A stretch of 64,000 bases of DNA from an uncultured Spirochaetaceae bacterium (GTDB lineage: Bacteria > Spirochaetota > Spirochaetia > DSM-27196 > SLST01): the NCBI GenBank assembly GCA_964599075.1, contig CAZREG010000003.1:21257-85256 (forward strand), given 5' to 3'. The notes below the pieces were generated by a model. It searched no databases, was not told the origin of the DNA, and was given only the letters and a program-made list of their open reading frames with translations. Positions 27,676 to 36,273 of this stretch are shown in pieces. The position numbers and the translations under genes were made by a program. Each line of letters begins with the position of its first letter. The stretch's first letter is position 1.

Positions 27676-28550
27676 CGGACGAAGACCCCCCTGCGAAGGT
27701 ACGAGAATACTACGTCCTCGAACGGCACCGCCGTGGATGTGCGCAGGTACTCAACACTGTGGCTGAGACAGAACGTCTCCGCTTCACCAAAGAACTCGCT
27801 CAGTCGCCGTTGATACGCCTGCACGGTCTCAGGCTCCACATTGAGCTCACTCTCTTCCTCGGTCTCCCCGTCGATCAGTCGCAACGGCCCCCGCATCTGA
27901 GGATCAAGCTCCTGCTCATCCATGACCTGGATCAGCATGATATCGAACTTGCGGTAGATGAGCGCACGCAGGCCATCCTGGTAGCCGGCGGGGTCAAGGA
28001 GATCGGTGATGAGGATTGCGAGGCCGGGACGGCGGGTTCGAAGCGAGTAGTCTTTGAGGGCACGGTTGAAGTCGGTCTTGCCGGAAGGACGAAGATTCTC
28101 CACGTAGTCAAAAATGGAGAAGACACGGCTCTTCTGGCGAACCGGCGGGAGGGAGTGCTCAACGCCCTCCGCGAATGCGCTCAGGCCCACCCGATCGAGG
28201 TTGTTGACGGCAAGGTATCCAAGAGCGGCCGCCAGTCGACCGGCGTACCAGAGCTTGCCCGGCGAGCCGAACGACATCGATCTACTGGTGTCTATGAGGA
28301 TGTGAACCGTCAGGTTCTCCTCAGCGGTGAAGATCTTCACGAACAGCCGGTTCAGCCGGCTGTAGATGTTCCAGTCGAGATAGCGAAAGTCATCCCCGGG
28401 CTGGTAGAGACGGTAGTCGGAGAACTCGAGCGAGGCGCCGCGGTCGATAGAGATATTCTCACCTCTGCTTGCGCCTGCGCGGATCCTGCGCGAGAGGAGA
28501 GAGAGCTGTTCGAGTCTGTGCAGGAACGCCTCGTCGAACATCTTTACCAC
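27672..28550 (-). CDS. DUF58-domain protein (module B)
   Basis: EFSDYRLYQPGDDFRYLDWNIYSRLNRLFVKIFTAEENLTVHILIDTSRSM is the canonical DUF58 core. Confidence 0.85.
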   Translation of the reverse strand: MVKMFDEAFLHRLEQLSLLSRRIRAGASRGENISIDRGASLEFSDYRLYQPGDDFRYLDWNIYSRLNRLFVKIFTAEENLTVHILIDTSRSMSFGSPGKLWYAGRLAAALGYLAVNNLDRVGLSAFAEGVEHSLPPVRQKSRVFSIFDYVENLRPSGKTDFNRALKDYSLRTRRPGLAILITDLLDPAGYQDGLRALIYRKFDIMLIQVMDEQELDPQMRGPLRLIDGETEEESELNVEPETVQAYQRRLSEFFGEAETFCLSHSVEYLRTSTAVPFEDVVFSYLRRGVFVR

Positions 28551-29557
28551 TATCGCGCCTCCGGCGTGCTCTCTAACACTCGAGTGACAATGGAGTCCGG
28601 GTCCACTCCTTCCGCTTCGCCCTGGAAACTGAGAATAAGCCGATGGCGGAGCGAGGGTAGCGCCGCCGTTCGAACATCGTCAAAGCTCACGGTGTAGCGA
28701 CCGTCGAGCAGCGCGTACACCTTGGCTGCGAGGATAAGACTCTGGGCGCCACGCGGACTCGAGCCGTAGCGAACAAATCGCTTCACTTCATCCGGAGCCG
28801 TCTCAGTGTCCGGGTGAGTCGCGAGTACCAGCCGAGCGGCGTACTGCTTGACGACCGTAGAGGCCGGCACCGAGCGGATGAGTGCCTGGTACTCGGCAAT
28901 CTGGGATGCGTTGAGCACGGTGCTCAGTGGGCCCAGGTCACTACCGGTGGTTCTGTCTATGATGGTGAGAAGCTCGTCCTCCAGGGGGTATCCTACCTTC
29001 AGCTTGAAAAAGAATCGGTCAAGCTGTGCCTCCGGCAGCGGGTAGGTTCCCTCCATCTCAATGGGGTTCTGGGTGGCAAGGACAATAAAGGGAGGCCCGA
29101 GCGGATAGGTCTGCCCGCCGACCGTTACGTTCTGCTCCTGCATCGCCTCCAGAAGTGCACTCTGTGTCTTGGGCGTCGCCCGGTTGATCTCATCCGCCAG
29201 GACAACCTGTGAGAATACAGGCCCTTTCTGGAAGGTAATAAGCTGATTCCCCTCCTCATCTCTGACAAGCACGTTTGTGCCTACGATATCCGCCGGCATG
29301 AGGTCCGGAGTGAACTGGATCCTCGTGGTGGTGAGATCGAGCACGTCACCGAAGGTCTTGATGAGAAACGTCTTACCCAGACCAGGAACGCCCTCGAGAA
29401 GTGCATGTCCGCGGCACATAAGGCAGACGACCACCTGTTCCATGAGGGTCCGGTGGCCAACAATGTAGCGGCTCATCTCTTCCTGAACCGATCGGATGGT
29501 TGTACCTGCCTCCAGCGCTCGCTCTTCAATCTGCGGGTTCCCGTTACTGTTGCTCAT
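28550..29557 (-). CDS. MoxR-family AAA+ ATPase (module B)
   Basis: Walker A GVPGLGKT, Walker B VLADEINRATPKTQSALLEAM, LATQNPIEMEGTYPLPEAQLDRF. Confidence 0.9.
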   Translation of the reverse strand: MSNSNGNPQIEERALEAGTTIRSVQEEMSRYIVGHRTLMEQVVVCLMCRGHALLEGVPGLGKTFLIKTFGDVLDLTTTRIQFTPDLMPADIVGTNVLVRDEEGNQLITFQKGPVFSQVVLADEINRATPKTQSALLEAMQEQNVTVGGQTYPLGPPFIVLATQNPIEMEGTYPLPEAQLDRFFFKLKVGYPLEDELLTIIDRTTGSDLGPLSTVLNASQIAEYQALIRSVPASTVVKQYAARLVLATHPDTETAPDEVKRFVRYGSSPRGAQSLILAAKVYALLDGRYTVSFDDVRTAALPSLRHRLILSFQGEAEGVDPDSIVTRVLESTPEAR

Positions 29558-31064
29558 TCCTTTCCTCTTCTGCCACCCGGGTTACTCTCAGGAAGTAGTT
29601 GCGCACCAGCCGCTGCAGCTCCGGTGGCGTCCCCTCCCGTGATATTGCCTGCTCGATTACTCGTTCGAATACAACGTCCCGTTCCTGCTCACTGAGTCCG
29701 GAGGTTGCCTCGGAGGGCAACTCCCGGATAATGACATCCATGATCGTACTATCCGTCACAATGCCCTGAAGCTCGCGAAACACCGGACTTGATTCTTCTA
29801 TTCGTGAGAAGTCGTCTCCTCGCTCGTCCGCTATCGCCATGTCTCCACCCTGCTGGCCCTGGGCGTCCTGATCCGACTGATTGCGCTCCTGCGCCGATCG
29901 CTCGTCCTGATTCTCATCACCACCCTGGGAGATCCCGCTCTCACCCCGCGGACCGGCAGGCAGGTCCTCACCCTGAGTGACCTCCGCAAGACCCTCTCCG
30001 GTCTGCTCCACTACGCGACGACTCTCCCTCAGATCGTTCACAATATCGCTCTCCGCCTCTTCCGATGGGGCAGGGCGGTTCAGCTGGTCCATCAGCTCCT
30101 GCACCTGTTCCCGCTCAAGGCCCAGGTTTGTATCCGGGGCTCTGTCAGGCGTAGCCTCTTCGAGTGCCTCGACCATCTCCGGCACCGTGTTGCCCTCACT
30201 TCGCATGCGGGTGAAGAACTCCTGCACCTCTTGCTCTCCCATTCCACGCTGCAACGCGCTTCGAATGGCTTCTTCTGTCTCCGGTGGAATCACTACGTCT
30301 TCGCTTTGCTCGAACGGGCGGGTACGCTCAATGCTGCGAATCTGCTCCTCAATCCGGCTGCTCAGCTCTTCTATACGCGCTCTCGCCTCCTCGGGATCAA
30401 TCCGGCTCTGGGTAAGCCGGTCGCCGAGCTCCTGCATCTGTCGGGCGAGGTCCTGCAGCACTTCGTTTGCATCTGCCCGTTCCGCGAGTCGCCGTCCCGC
30501 GTCCTGCAGCTCGACTCCCCGCGCAACAACTGCGGGTTGCTCGCTGTCGAACCAGCCGCTGACACTGAGCACAACTGCAATGAGCAGGGCAACCGCCAGG
30601 CCCGCCGCGCTTGCCGCCTGCCCCGGTATCTCGAGGGGATAGACCTGATCGGGCTCCACCTCCGCCACGAACGCATCCGCGCGTCTGCAGACCGCTTGCT
30701 GGAACGCGAGCTCGTCAGCTGAAGCGGGCGCCGCCTTCCCCGTGGATTGCTCAAACTGATACGCTGAGACCAGCAGGGCGTGAGTGTTGTACCGACGGTC
30801 GGCCTCTATCAGAAGTCCGGTGGGTTCTACCCGTTGGACGGCTGCGAGCAGGAGGGTGAGCAGGAGAGCAATTCCTGCGATCACGGTGACAAGCCTTACA
30901 AGCGGGAGGTCCAGGCCAAGTCCAATGTCGGTAACCGTGAGGGCGAGCGAAAGAGCAAGCGAAACGGTAGCTATCCGGGCGCCAAGCGCAAGGATCTGGG
31001 TGATCCGGTAACGAGTGTCGAGCAGACGCACCAGAGTCTCCAGTTGTGTGGGTCTGCTGCTCAT
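29544..31064 (-). CDS. membrane-anchored acidic coiled-coil protein, unknown function
   Basis: 506 aa. Two N-terminal TMs, a third at about aa 150-170, then a long E/D/Q-rich helical region and a C-terminal PPELQRLVRNYFLRV motif. 14-nt overlap with moxR. Confidence 0.6.
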   Translation of the reverse strand: MSSRPTQLETLVRLLDTRYRITQILALGARIATVSLALSLALTVTDIGLGLDLPLVRLVTVIAGIALLLTLLLAAVQRVEPTGLLIEADRRYNTHALLVSAYQFEQSTGKAAPASADELAFQQAVCRRADAFVAEVEPDQVYPLEIPGQAASAAGLAVALLIAVVLSVSGWFDSEQPAVVARGVELQDAGRRLAERADANEVLQDLARQMQELGDRLTQSRIDPEEARARIEELSSRIEEQIRSIERTRPFEQSEDVVIPPETEEAIRSALQRGMGEQEVQEFFTRMRSEGNTVPEMVEALEEATPDRAPDTNLGLEREQVQELMDQLNRPAPSEEAESDIVNDLRESRRVVEQTGEGLAEVTQGEDLPAGPRGESGISQGGDENQDERSAQERNQSDQDAQGQQGGDMAIADERGDDFSRIEESSPVFRELQGIVTDSTIMDVIIRELPSEATSGLSEQERDVVFERVIEQAISREGTPPELQRLVRNYFLRVTRVAEEERNEQQ

Positions 31065-31828
31065 TGGTTCCTCCTGTTCGCGAGCGTACGGTGCCGCTGT
31101 AGCACCCCCCAGAATACGCCGGCTAACGCTACCGTCAGGAGTGAGAGTGAGATGACGCCGGCCGTCGCCGCCCCGGTACCGCCCGGCTCAACTCCGGCAA
31201 CCGCACCCGGTGCACCCGCGGCAATCTGCTCAACCGCGGCGACCACCGGATTGAGCGGCCGAAAGAGTCTCAGGGTCAGAACAAAGAAGAGCACTGCAAA
31301 GACCCAGACTCCGATCGTTTTCACGACGTAGGAATCCTCACCATAGTGACTGACAATCATAGCTGCGATGCGGCAGGCCAGGGCTGTGAGGAACACCACC
31401 AGCAAGAGGCCCGGGATGACCCCGATGGGTACACCTGAAGGACCGGCGGCGGCGACCAGCACCGGGATGCTGAGGGCAGTCAGGAAGGCAGTGTGGAGCG
31501 TCGCTGCCATTAGCTTGCCGGCGACCAGCGAGCGGACCGGCACGCGGGTGCGCTCAAGCCACTCGGAATACCGGATGATGCCGGCCGAGCCAATCCGATC
31601 CGTTCCTGCAGAGAAGCTGAAGAATCCGGAGAGAATTATCAGGAACACCACATTTGCCAGGAACACCAGCGGGACCGTCTCCATGCGGAAAAAGTACATG
31701 TAGCCTCGCGAGGGCCAGGCAATGACGAGAAACAGAGCAAGCAACACCAGGTACCCAACGTGGAGCTTCAGAAACCCACGGCTTCGGATGTAGAGCTCCG
31801 CTGATTCTTCCAGGACTGGATTTTTCAT
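31061..31828 (-). CDS. six-TM integral membrane protein (ABC-2-permease-like), unknown function
   Basis: 255 aa with about 6 hydrophobic helices. 4-nt overlaps on both sides. No cognate ATPase is adjacent. Confidence 0.55.
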   Translation of the reverse strand: MKNPVLEESAELYIRSRGFLKLHVGYLVLLALFLVIAWPSRGYMYFFRMETVPLVFLANVVFLIILSGFFSFSAGTDRIGSAGIIRYSEWLERTRVPVRSLVAGKLMAATLHTAFLTALSIPVLVAAAGPSGVPIGVIPGLLLVVFLTALACRIAAMIVSHYGEDSYVVKTIGVWVFAVLFFVLTLRLFRPLNPVVAAVEQIAAGAPGAVAGVEPGGTGAATAGVISLSLLTVALAGVFWGVLQRHRTLANRRNQ

Positions 31829-33747
31829 GAGGATGTTCCTGTTGTGGTGTCCGCGGGCTCATCCAGCCAGACCGGTATGGTGAGTACGCCCAGACCAAGC
31901 GTCCGGGAGAATGGTGGGGATATCTCCACCGGGATAAGTTCCTCCTCAAGCCAGGCAACTACCATAATACTCGGAGCGCGCTCGTCTGCAAAATATTGAC
32001 TGCGGCCAATGTCACCGAGCAGCCGAATCCGATTGGGACGCAGCTCTCCCTCATCAACGTAGGCGTCCCAGTCAATCGCCTCAAAACGGGCTACCGGGTC
32101 CGGTTCCGCAACGACCTCCACTGTTTCACCCGGTTGCAGATCTCCCACCCGCTGCGGAAAACCCCGATGGATGAAGGTAATTCCCCTCAGCGTGAGGTCA
32201 CTCTGGTTCTGAAGGGTGATCACGGCAAACGCCGGGTCTTCCTCCACGTCCACCCGGAGTGCCAGCGGTACCAGGTCTATCGCGAGAGCGTTGCTGTGGC
32301 CCCAGCTCTCGGTCTCAAGAACGGCAACGCGTGAAGCGGTCCGTTCGCGTATCATCTGGTTTTGATTGTCCAGCGGCATCACCAGCGGTCGGCTTGGGTA
32401 AGAGAGCTCGTAGCGACCCGCCTGACGGCTGAACAGCACACTGTCCCGCGTCACGGAGGCGTACTGCTCACCCGGACGCAGATTGACCCGTTCAAGCGAA
32501 AACGCGAGCGCCTCGTCCGGCTGGAGGCTGACGGTGAGAGCCAGATGTGCGGTCCCCGCTACCAGCGTGATCGCCAGCAGCACCAGCGGCAGCCCCAGCA
32601 TGCGTCGCGCCGCCGACCGCCCGCGCTGTAGCCAGAACAGGAGCGTCCCCAGCGCAATCAGGTAACTGACGAACAGGCCGATCACCAGTCCATGACCGGG
32701 AAACTGGTAGACCGGTAGAGCAAGCTGATTCGCCATGAGCTCGTCCTCGAATACGCGGCGGCGCATCTCGGTTGCGATCGGGTTAAGCGCTGAGCGATCC
32801 GTGAGAAGGGCACTCCAGAGCGCCACGCTCGACAGCGGGGCAACCCGCACCAGATTCACGTAGTCGAAGGGAAGAAACACGATATCGCCGGCGCCGACTT
32901 TAGTCCGTGAAACCTGTTGACCGTACTCCAGCGTAGCTCCTACAACAACCTCCCGCGTCCTCTCGACCGGCTCGAGAGGAAGACCCGCCTCCAGCAGCCC
33001 CACAGACTCAACCGTCCGGAGGTCTATCCCCGCCGGAGTGAGAGAGATGAGCGGTGCAAGTGCCTGCGAATCCGCCGGACCGAGGTGCGTGCCACCGGAG
33101 ATAACAAGGCGGCCACCGGCGGCAATCCAGCTCTTGATAGCCTGCGTCTGCCCCGTTGAGAGTTCCGCGAGCCGGGCATCCTGAATCACCAGCACATCCA
33201 CCCCGTCGTAGCCGTGCCAGTCGTGCGGAAGGAACTCAATAAGGGGATAAGCGATATCAAGCGCCCGCTCCTCCCGAGAGTTGAACAGCGGCAGCAGGAA
33301 GTCCAGATTGGGCCGTCTGGCCAAGACCGTAACCAGACGGCCGGGCGCACTCTTGCCGGAGAGCTCAATCTGCTGCTCAAACACCAGCTCATTCTCCTCT
33401 CGTATCTGGAGCACAACCGGGTAGACCGTCGTTTCAAGCGGCAGAACAAAGGAGAATGCCTTGCTTGCTCCTGAAACGAGCTCGAGGTCCCGGGTATACT
33501 CAACCGTTGTCCGGTCGTCTCCAAAACGGTTCCCGCGCGCTACCCGGACGGACAGGGTCCCGCGTATGTCCTGGCCCAGATTCTGGGTGAAAATGCGAAC
33601 GGGAGTCCACGCGCCGGCCCGAAAGACACCGCTGAACCCAACGGCAGCATCTACAGAAATTGAGGAGTGCTGCTGTGAAAAGGCCAGAGATCCTGAAGCG
33701 CACAGAAGGATCAGGAGCATGAGTGATCGGTTCACTGGCTTAAACAT
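31825..33747 (-). CDS. large secreted/membrane protein, unknown function (first gene of module B operon)
   Basis: Start chosen at ATG 33747 (MFKPVNRSLMLLILLCASGSLAFSQQ, a signal peptide); the track start is 33822. Has a segment VDVLVIQDARL..IKSWIAAGGRLVISGGTHLG and two central TMs. Confidence 0.6.
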   Translation of the reverse strand: MFKPVNRSLMLLILLCASGSLAFSQQHSSISVDAAVGFSGVFRAGAWTPVRIFTQNLGQDIRGTLSVRVARGNRFGDDRTTVEYTRDLELVSGASKAFSFVLPLETTVYPVVLQIREENELVFEQQIELSGKSAPGRLVTVLARRPNLDFLLPLFNSREERALDIAYPLIEFLPHDWHGYDGVDVLVIQDARLAELSTGQTQAIKSWIAAGGRLVISGGTHLGPADSQALAPLISLTPAGIDLRTVESVGLLEAGLPLEPVERTREVVVGATLEYGQQVSRTKVGAGDIVFLPFDYVNLVRVAPLSSVALWSALLTDRSALNPIATEMRRRVFEDELMANQLALPVYQFPGHGLVIGLFVSYLIALGTLLFWLQRGRSAARRMLGLPLVLLAITLVAGTAHLALTVSLQPDEALAFSLERVNLRPGEQYASVTRDSVLFSRQAGRYELSYPSRPLVMPLDNQNQMIRERTASRVAVLETESWGHSNALAIDLVPLALRVDVEEDPAFAVITLQNQSDLTLRGITFIHRGFPQRVGDLQPGETVEVVAEPDPVARFEAIDWDAYVDEGELRPNRIRLLGDIGRSQYFADERAPSIMVVAWLEEELIPVEISPPFSRTLGLGVLTIPVWLDEPADTTTGTSS

Positions 33748-33785
33748 ACTTTGACCGCAGCGTGCCCGAGTAGTGTCCCGCACGT

Positions 33786-35036
33786 GTGGGGGTGCTTGAC
33801 CCGCGTCCGTTCCTCTCTCCATACTATCCCCACAATCTCGAGAGGTATTTCTTGCTCGTTCGTTACTCCAAAGACACGGCGGGACGCCATGTCCGCCAGG
33901 CCGTCATTTACACAAAAGAAGAACACGGCATCTCTTCCGACTCTGTCGATGCTGATGCGATCAAGATCATCAAGCGACTGCGCGGTGCCGGTCACCACGC
34001 CTACATTGTTGGCGGGGCGGTTCGCGATCTGTTGATCGGAAAGAATCCGAAAGATTTTGATATTGCCACTGATGCCCAGCCCAACCGGATTCGCAGGCTC
34101 TTTCGTAACTCACGGATCATTGGTAAACGTTTCCGATTGGTGCATATCTTCTTTGGCCCCAAGATCATTGAGGTCTCCACCTTTCGCAGTGAGACGTCAG
34201 CCGGCTTTCAGAATGAGTACGGCGACATAGAAGAGGACGTGTTCCGGCGTGACTTCACCATCAATGCTCTCTACTACTGCCCGATCGAGGACCGGATCAT
34301 CGACTATGTGGGCGGCGTGAAAGACGTCCGGGATCGCAAGGTCCGCAACCTCATCCCGCTTGACCGCATCTTTGGCGAGGATCCTGTTCGTATGATCCGC
34401 GCCATCAAGTATGCCTGCACCACCGGATTCACGCTCATCGGCAAGCTTCGTCGTCAGATCAAGCGCTCGGCTGATCTGCTGTCGGAAACGCCGTACAGCC
34501 GAATGACTGAGGAGGTGTTCAAGATTCTCCTCTCCGGTCGTTCAGCAGAGATTGTCTCCCAGTGCATCAAGATGAAACTGTTTGAGCACATGCTCCCGGA
34601 GTTCCACGCTCTGCAGGTGGGTAATCGAGACTTCGAAAGGCAGCTGACCGGTCGTCTCGCGGATCTTGACCGGGAGGTCAGGGACGCCGGTGAGGATCGC
34701 CGGTCCCGGGCAATTGCCTATCTCTGTGCCGACTATCTGTTTGCGCATACGGAGGTGGGAAGCATGAGTCGCATTCCATTCGCCGACGGCTTCTCTGAGT
34801 TGAAGCGTGTCATCAAGCCGATTGTGCCGGCGAACAAAGAGGTTGAGATGGCACTGGTCTACCTCATCCGACGCCGAAAGAATTACACCAAGCTTGGAAA
34901 ACTTGAGACCGTGCCACCGGGCGAACGCGAGCGGGTGGAGGATCAGCCGTGGCGTCATGAGGATGACCCGGATGCGCCGAAGACCAAAAAAAAGAGGCGC
35001 CGCAAGCGACGCCCCCGTTCAAAATCAGACTCGTAA
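33786..35036 (+). CDS. pcnB: poly(A) polymerase I / tRNA nucleotidyltransferase family
   Basis: AIKIIKRLRGAGHHAYIVGGAVRDLLIGKNPKDFDIATDAQPNRIRRLFRNSRIIGKRFRLVHIFFGPKIIEVSTFR closely parallels my recollection of E. coli PcnB. Lys/Arg-rich C-terminal tail. Confidence 0.85.
   Translation: MGVLDPRPFLSPYYPHNLERYFLLVRYSKDTAGRHVRQAVIYTKEEHGISSDSVDADAIKIIKRLRGAGHHAYIVGGAVRDLLIGKNPKDFDIATDAQPNRIRRLFRNSRIIGKRFRLVHIFFGPKIIEVSTFRSETSAGFQNEYGDIEEDVFRRDFTINALYYCPIEDRIIDYVGGVKDVRDRKVRNLIPLDRIFGEDPVRMIRAIKYACTTGFTLIGKLRRQIKRSADLLSETPYSRMTEEVFKILLSGRSAEIVSQCIKMKLFEHMLPEFHALQVGNRDFERQLTGRLADLDREVRDAGEDRRSRAIAYLCADYLFAHTEVGSMSRIPFADGFSELKRVIKPIVPANKEVEMALVYLIRRRKNYTKLGKLETVPPGERERVEDQPWRHEDDPDAPKTKKKRRRKRRPRSKSDS
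34986..35013 (-). terminator. candidate rho-independent terminator of the TPR gene, embedded in the pcnB tail codons
   Basis: On the minus strand, an imperfect GC hairpin (35013-34996: GGCG, mismatch, CG, loop CTTG, CG, mismatch, CGCC) is followed by TC and T8 (34993-34986). It sits 27 nt after the minus-strand stop at 35040. Confidence 0.4.
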
Positions 35037-35039
35037 TCG

Positions 35040-36233
35040 TCAGCCGCCGATCCGCTCGAGCAGCTGGTTCGCCTTCTGTTCATAGTTCTCCGGATCAAGC
35101 GCAATTGTCTCTTCCAGATAAGAGGTCGCGTCCTCAAACCGATTATCCGCGAACGCGTTCACTCCCAGTGCGTAGTAGGTGATCGCCTCCTCAGAGCCGC
35201 GCTCCAGAGCTTCCTTGTAGTAGAAGTCTGCAAGGTTGAAGTCCTGACGGTCGTAGTTGATCAGACCCATGTAGTAGTACGGAACCGGATTGTCCTCACG
35301 GAGCTGCAGCGCGGTTACAAACGCTTCTTCTGCCGCCGCCTTCTCATCGGTCTGGTAGAGTTCAATCCCGTCCTGCACAAGCGCACGGAAGCTTCTCCGC
35401 TCGACGGTGTAGCTGACGAATGCGTCGATAAGGATCGGCTCCTGAACCCACTGGAACGCCTGGCGGTAGACGCGTGTGGAGTTCTCCTGCAGCGTTGCAG
35501 CAGGGTCGAGCGCGCTGATTGAGTCCCACAGGATCCGGTTATAGTCTCGGTTGGGGCTGTTGAGCAGGAAACTCACCATACCCCAGGCCTGCGGGTAGAA
35601 CACCTCGATCTGTTCACGGGCCTCATCCACCGTCATGTTCAGAATCTCGGAGAACGGAACTGCGGTCACGCCGGCACTCCCGTCGATGATCGACTGAAGA
35701 GTCTCCAGCCAGGAGAGATTCTCACGATAGGTCGCCAGTCCCAGTGACTCGTCGTACTCTATCTGTTCAAAATAGACCGCGAAGCCCTCCCGGAGCCAGA
35801 GAGGAGGATTGGGCACAAACGCACGCAGGAACTGAATGAAGCCCTGATGCTTGAGCGAGAGATCAAACGCCTCACCCTGGAGTTCGTATCCGACGAGCTC
35901 GCTGCGCGCCAGATCGGAGTAGTGGAGATACACAAAGTCATCTCTCTGTTCATCCAGGAAACGTTCTATGTATCCGTCGAAGCTATCCTTGGATGCGTAG
36001 AATCGTGCTCGCATCCTGACTGGAAGCTCATCGAGCTCGAAGTGGAAGTAGTCATTGAACAGCTCCAGGTACGCCTCGAGCTTCTCTGCGGTCTGCCGGG
36101 CGTGCTCGTCGCCAAGTTCAGACAGTACTCGATAGTGGGTGGTCTGGTACTCTGCAAACGTAGAGTCCTGGGCTACCGCGCTGCCGACAGCGATTGCGAG
36201 ACAAGCGAGCAATGGTGCGATTCTGCGCATCAA
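35040..36233 (-). CDS. secreted TPR-repeat protein
   Basis: Signal peptide MMRRIAPLLACLAIAVGSAVA. C-terminal TPR-like repeats (AEEAFVTALQLREDNPVPYYYMG..., YYKEALERGSEEAITYYALG...). GGAGG lies 6 nt upstream of ATG 36233. Confidence 0.6.
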   Translation of the reverse strand: MMRRIAPLLACLAIAVGSAVAQDSTFAEYQTTHYRVLSELGDEHARQTAEKLEAYLELFNDYFHFELDELPVRMRARFYASKDSFDGYIERFLDEQRDDFVYLHYSDLARSELVGYELQGEAFDLSLKHQGFIQFLRAFVPNPPLWLREGFAVYFEQIEYDESLGLATYRENLSWLETLQSIIDGSAGVTAVPFSEILNMTVDEAREQIEVFYPQAWGMVSFLLNSPNRDYNRILWDSISALDPAATLQENSTRVYRQAFQWVQEPILIDAFVSYTVERRSFRALVQDGIELYQTDEKAAAEEAFVTALQLREDNPVPYYYMGLINYDRQDFNLADFYYKEALERGSEEAITYYALGVNAFADNRFEDATSYLEETIALDPENYEQKANQLLERIGG

Positions 36234-36273
36234 ATTCCTCCGATTTCATAGTAGTCGCTGGCAAAACGCGGTG

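Noticed and set aside
27759-28697. A 312-aa plus-strand ORF over the DUF58 gene.
   Set aside because: It is antisense to the canonical DUF58 core sequence and would break the tight operon structure.
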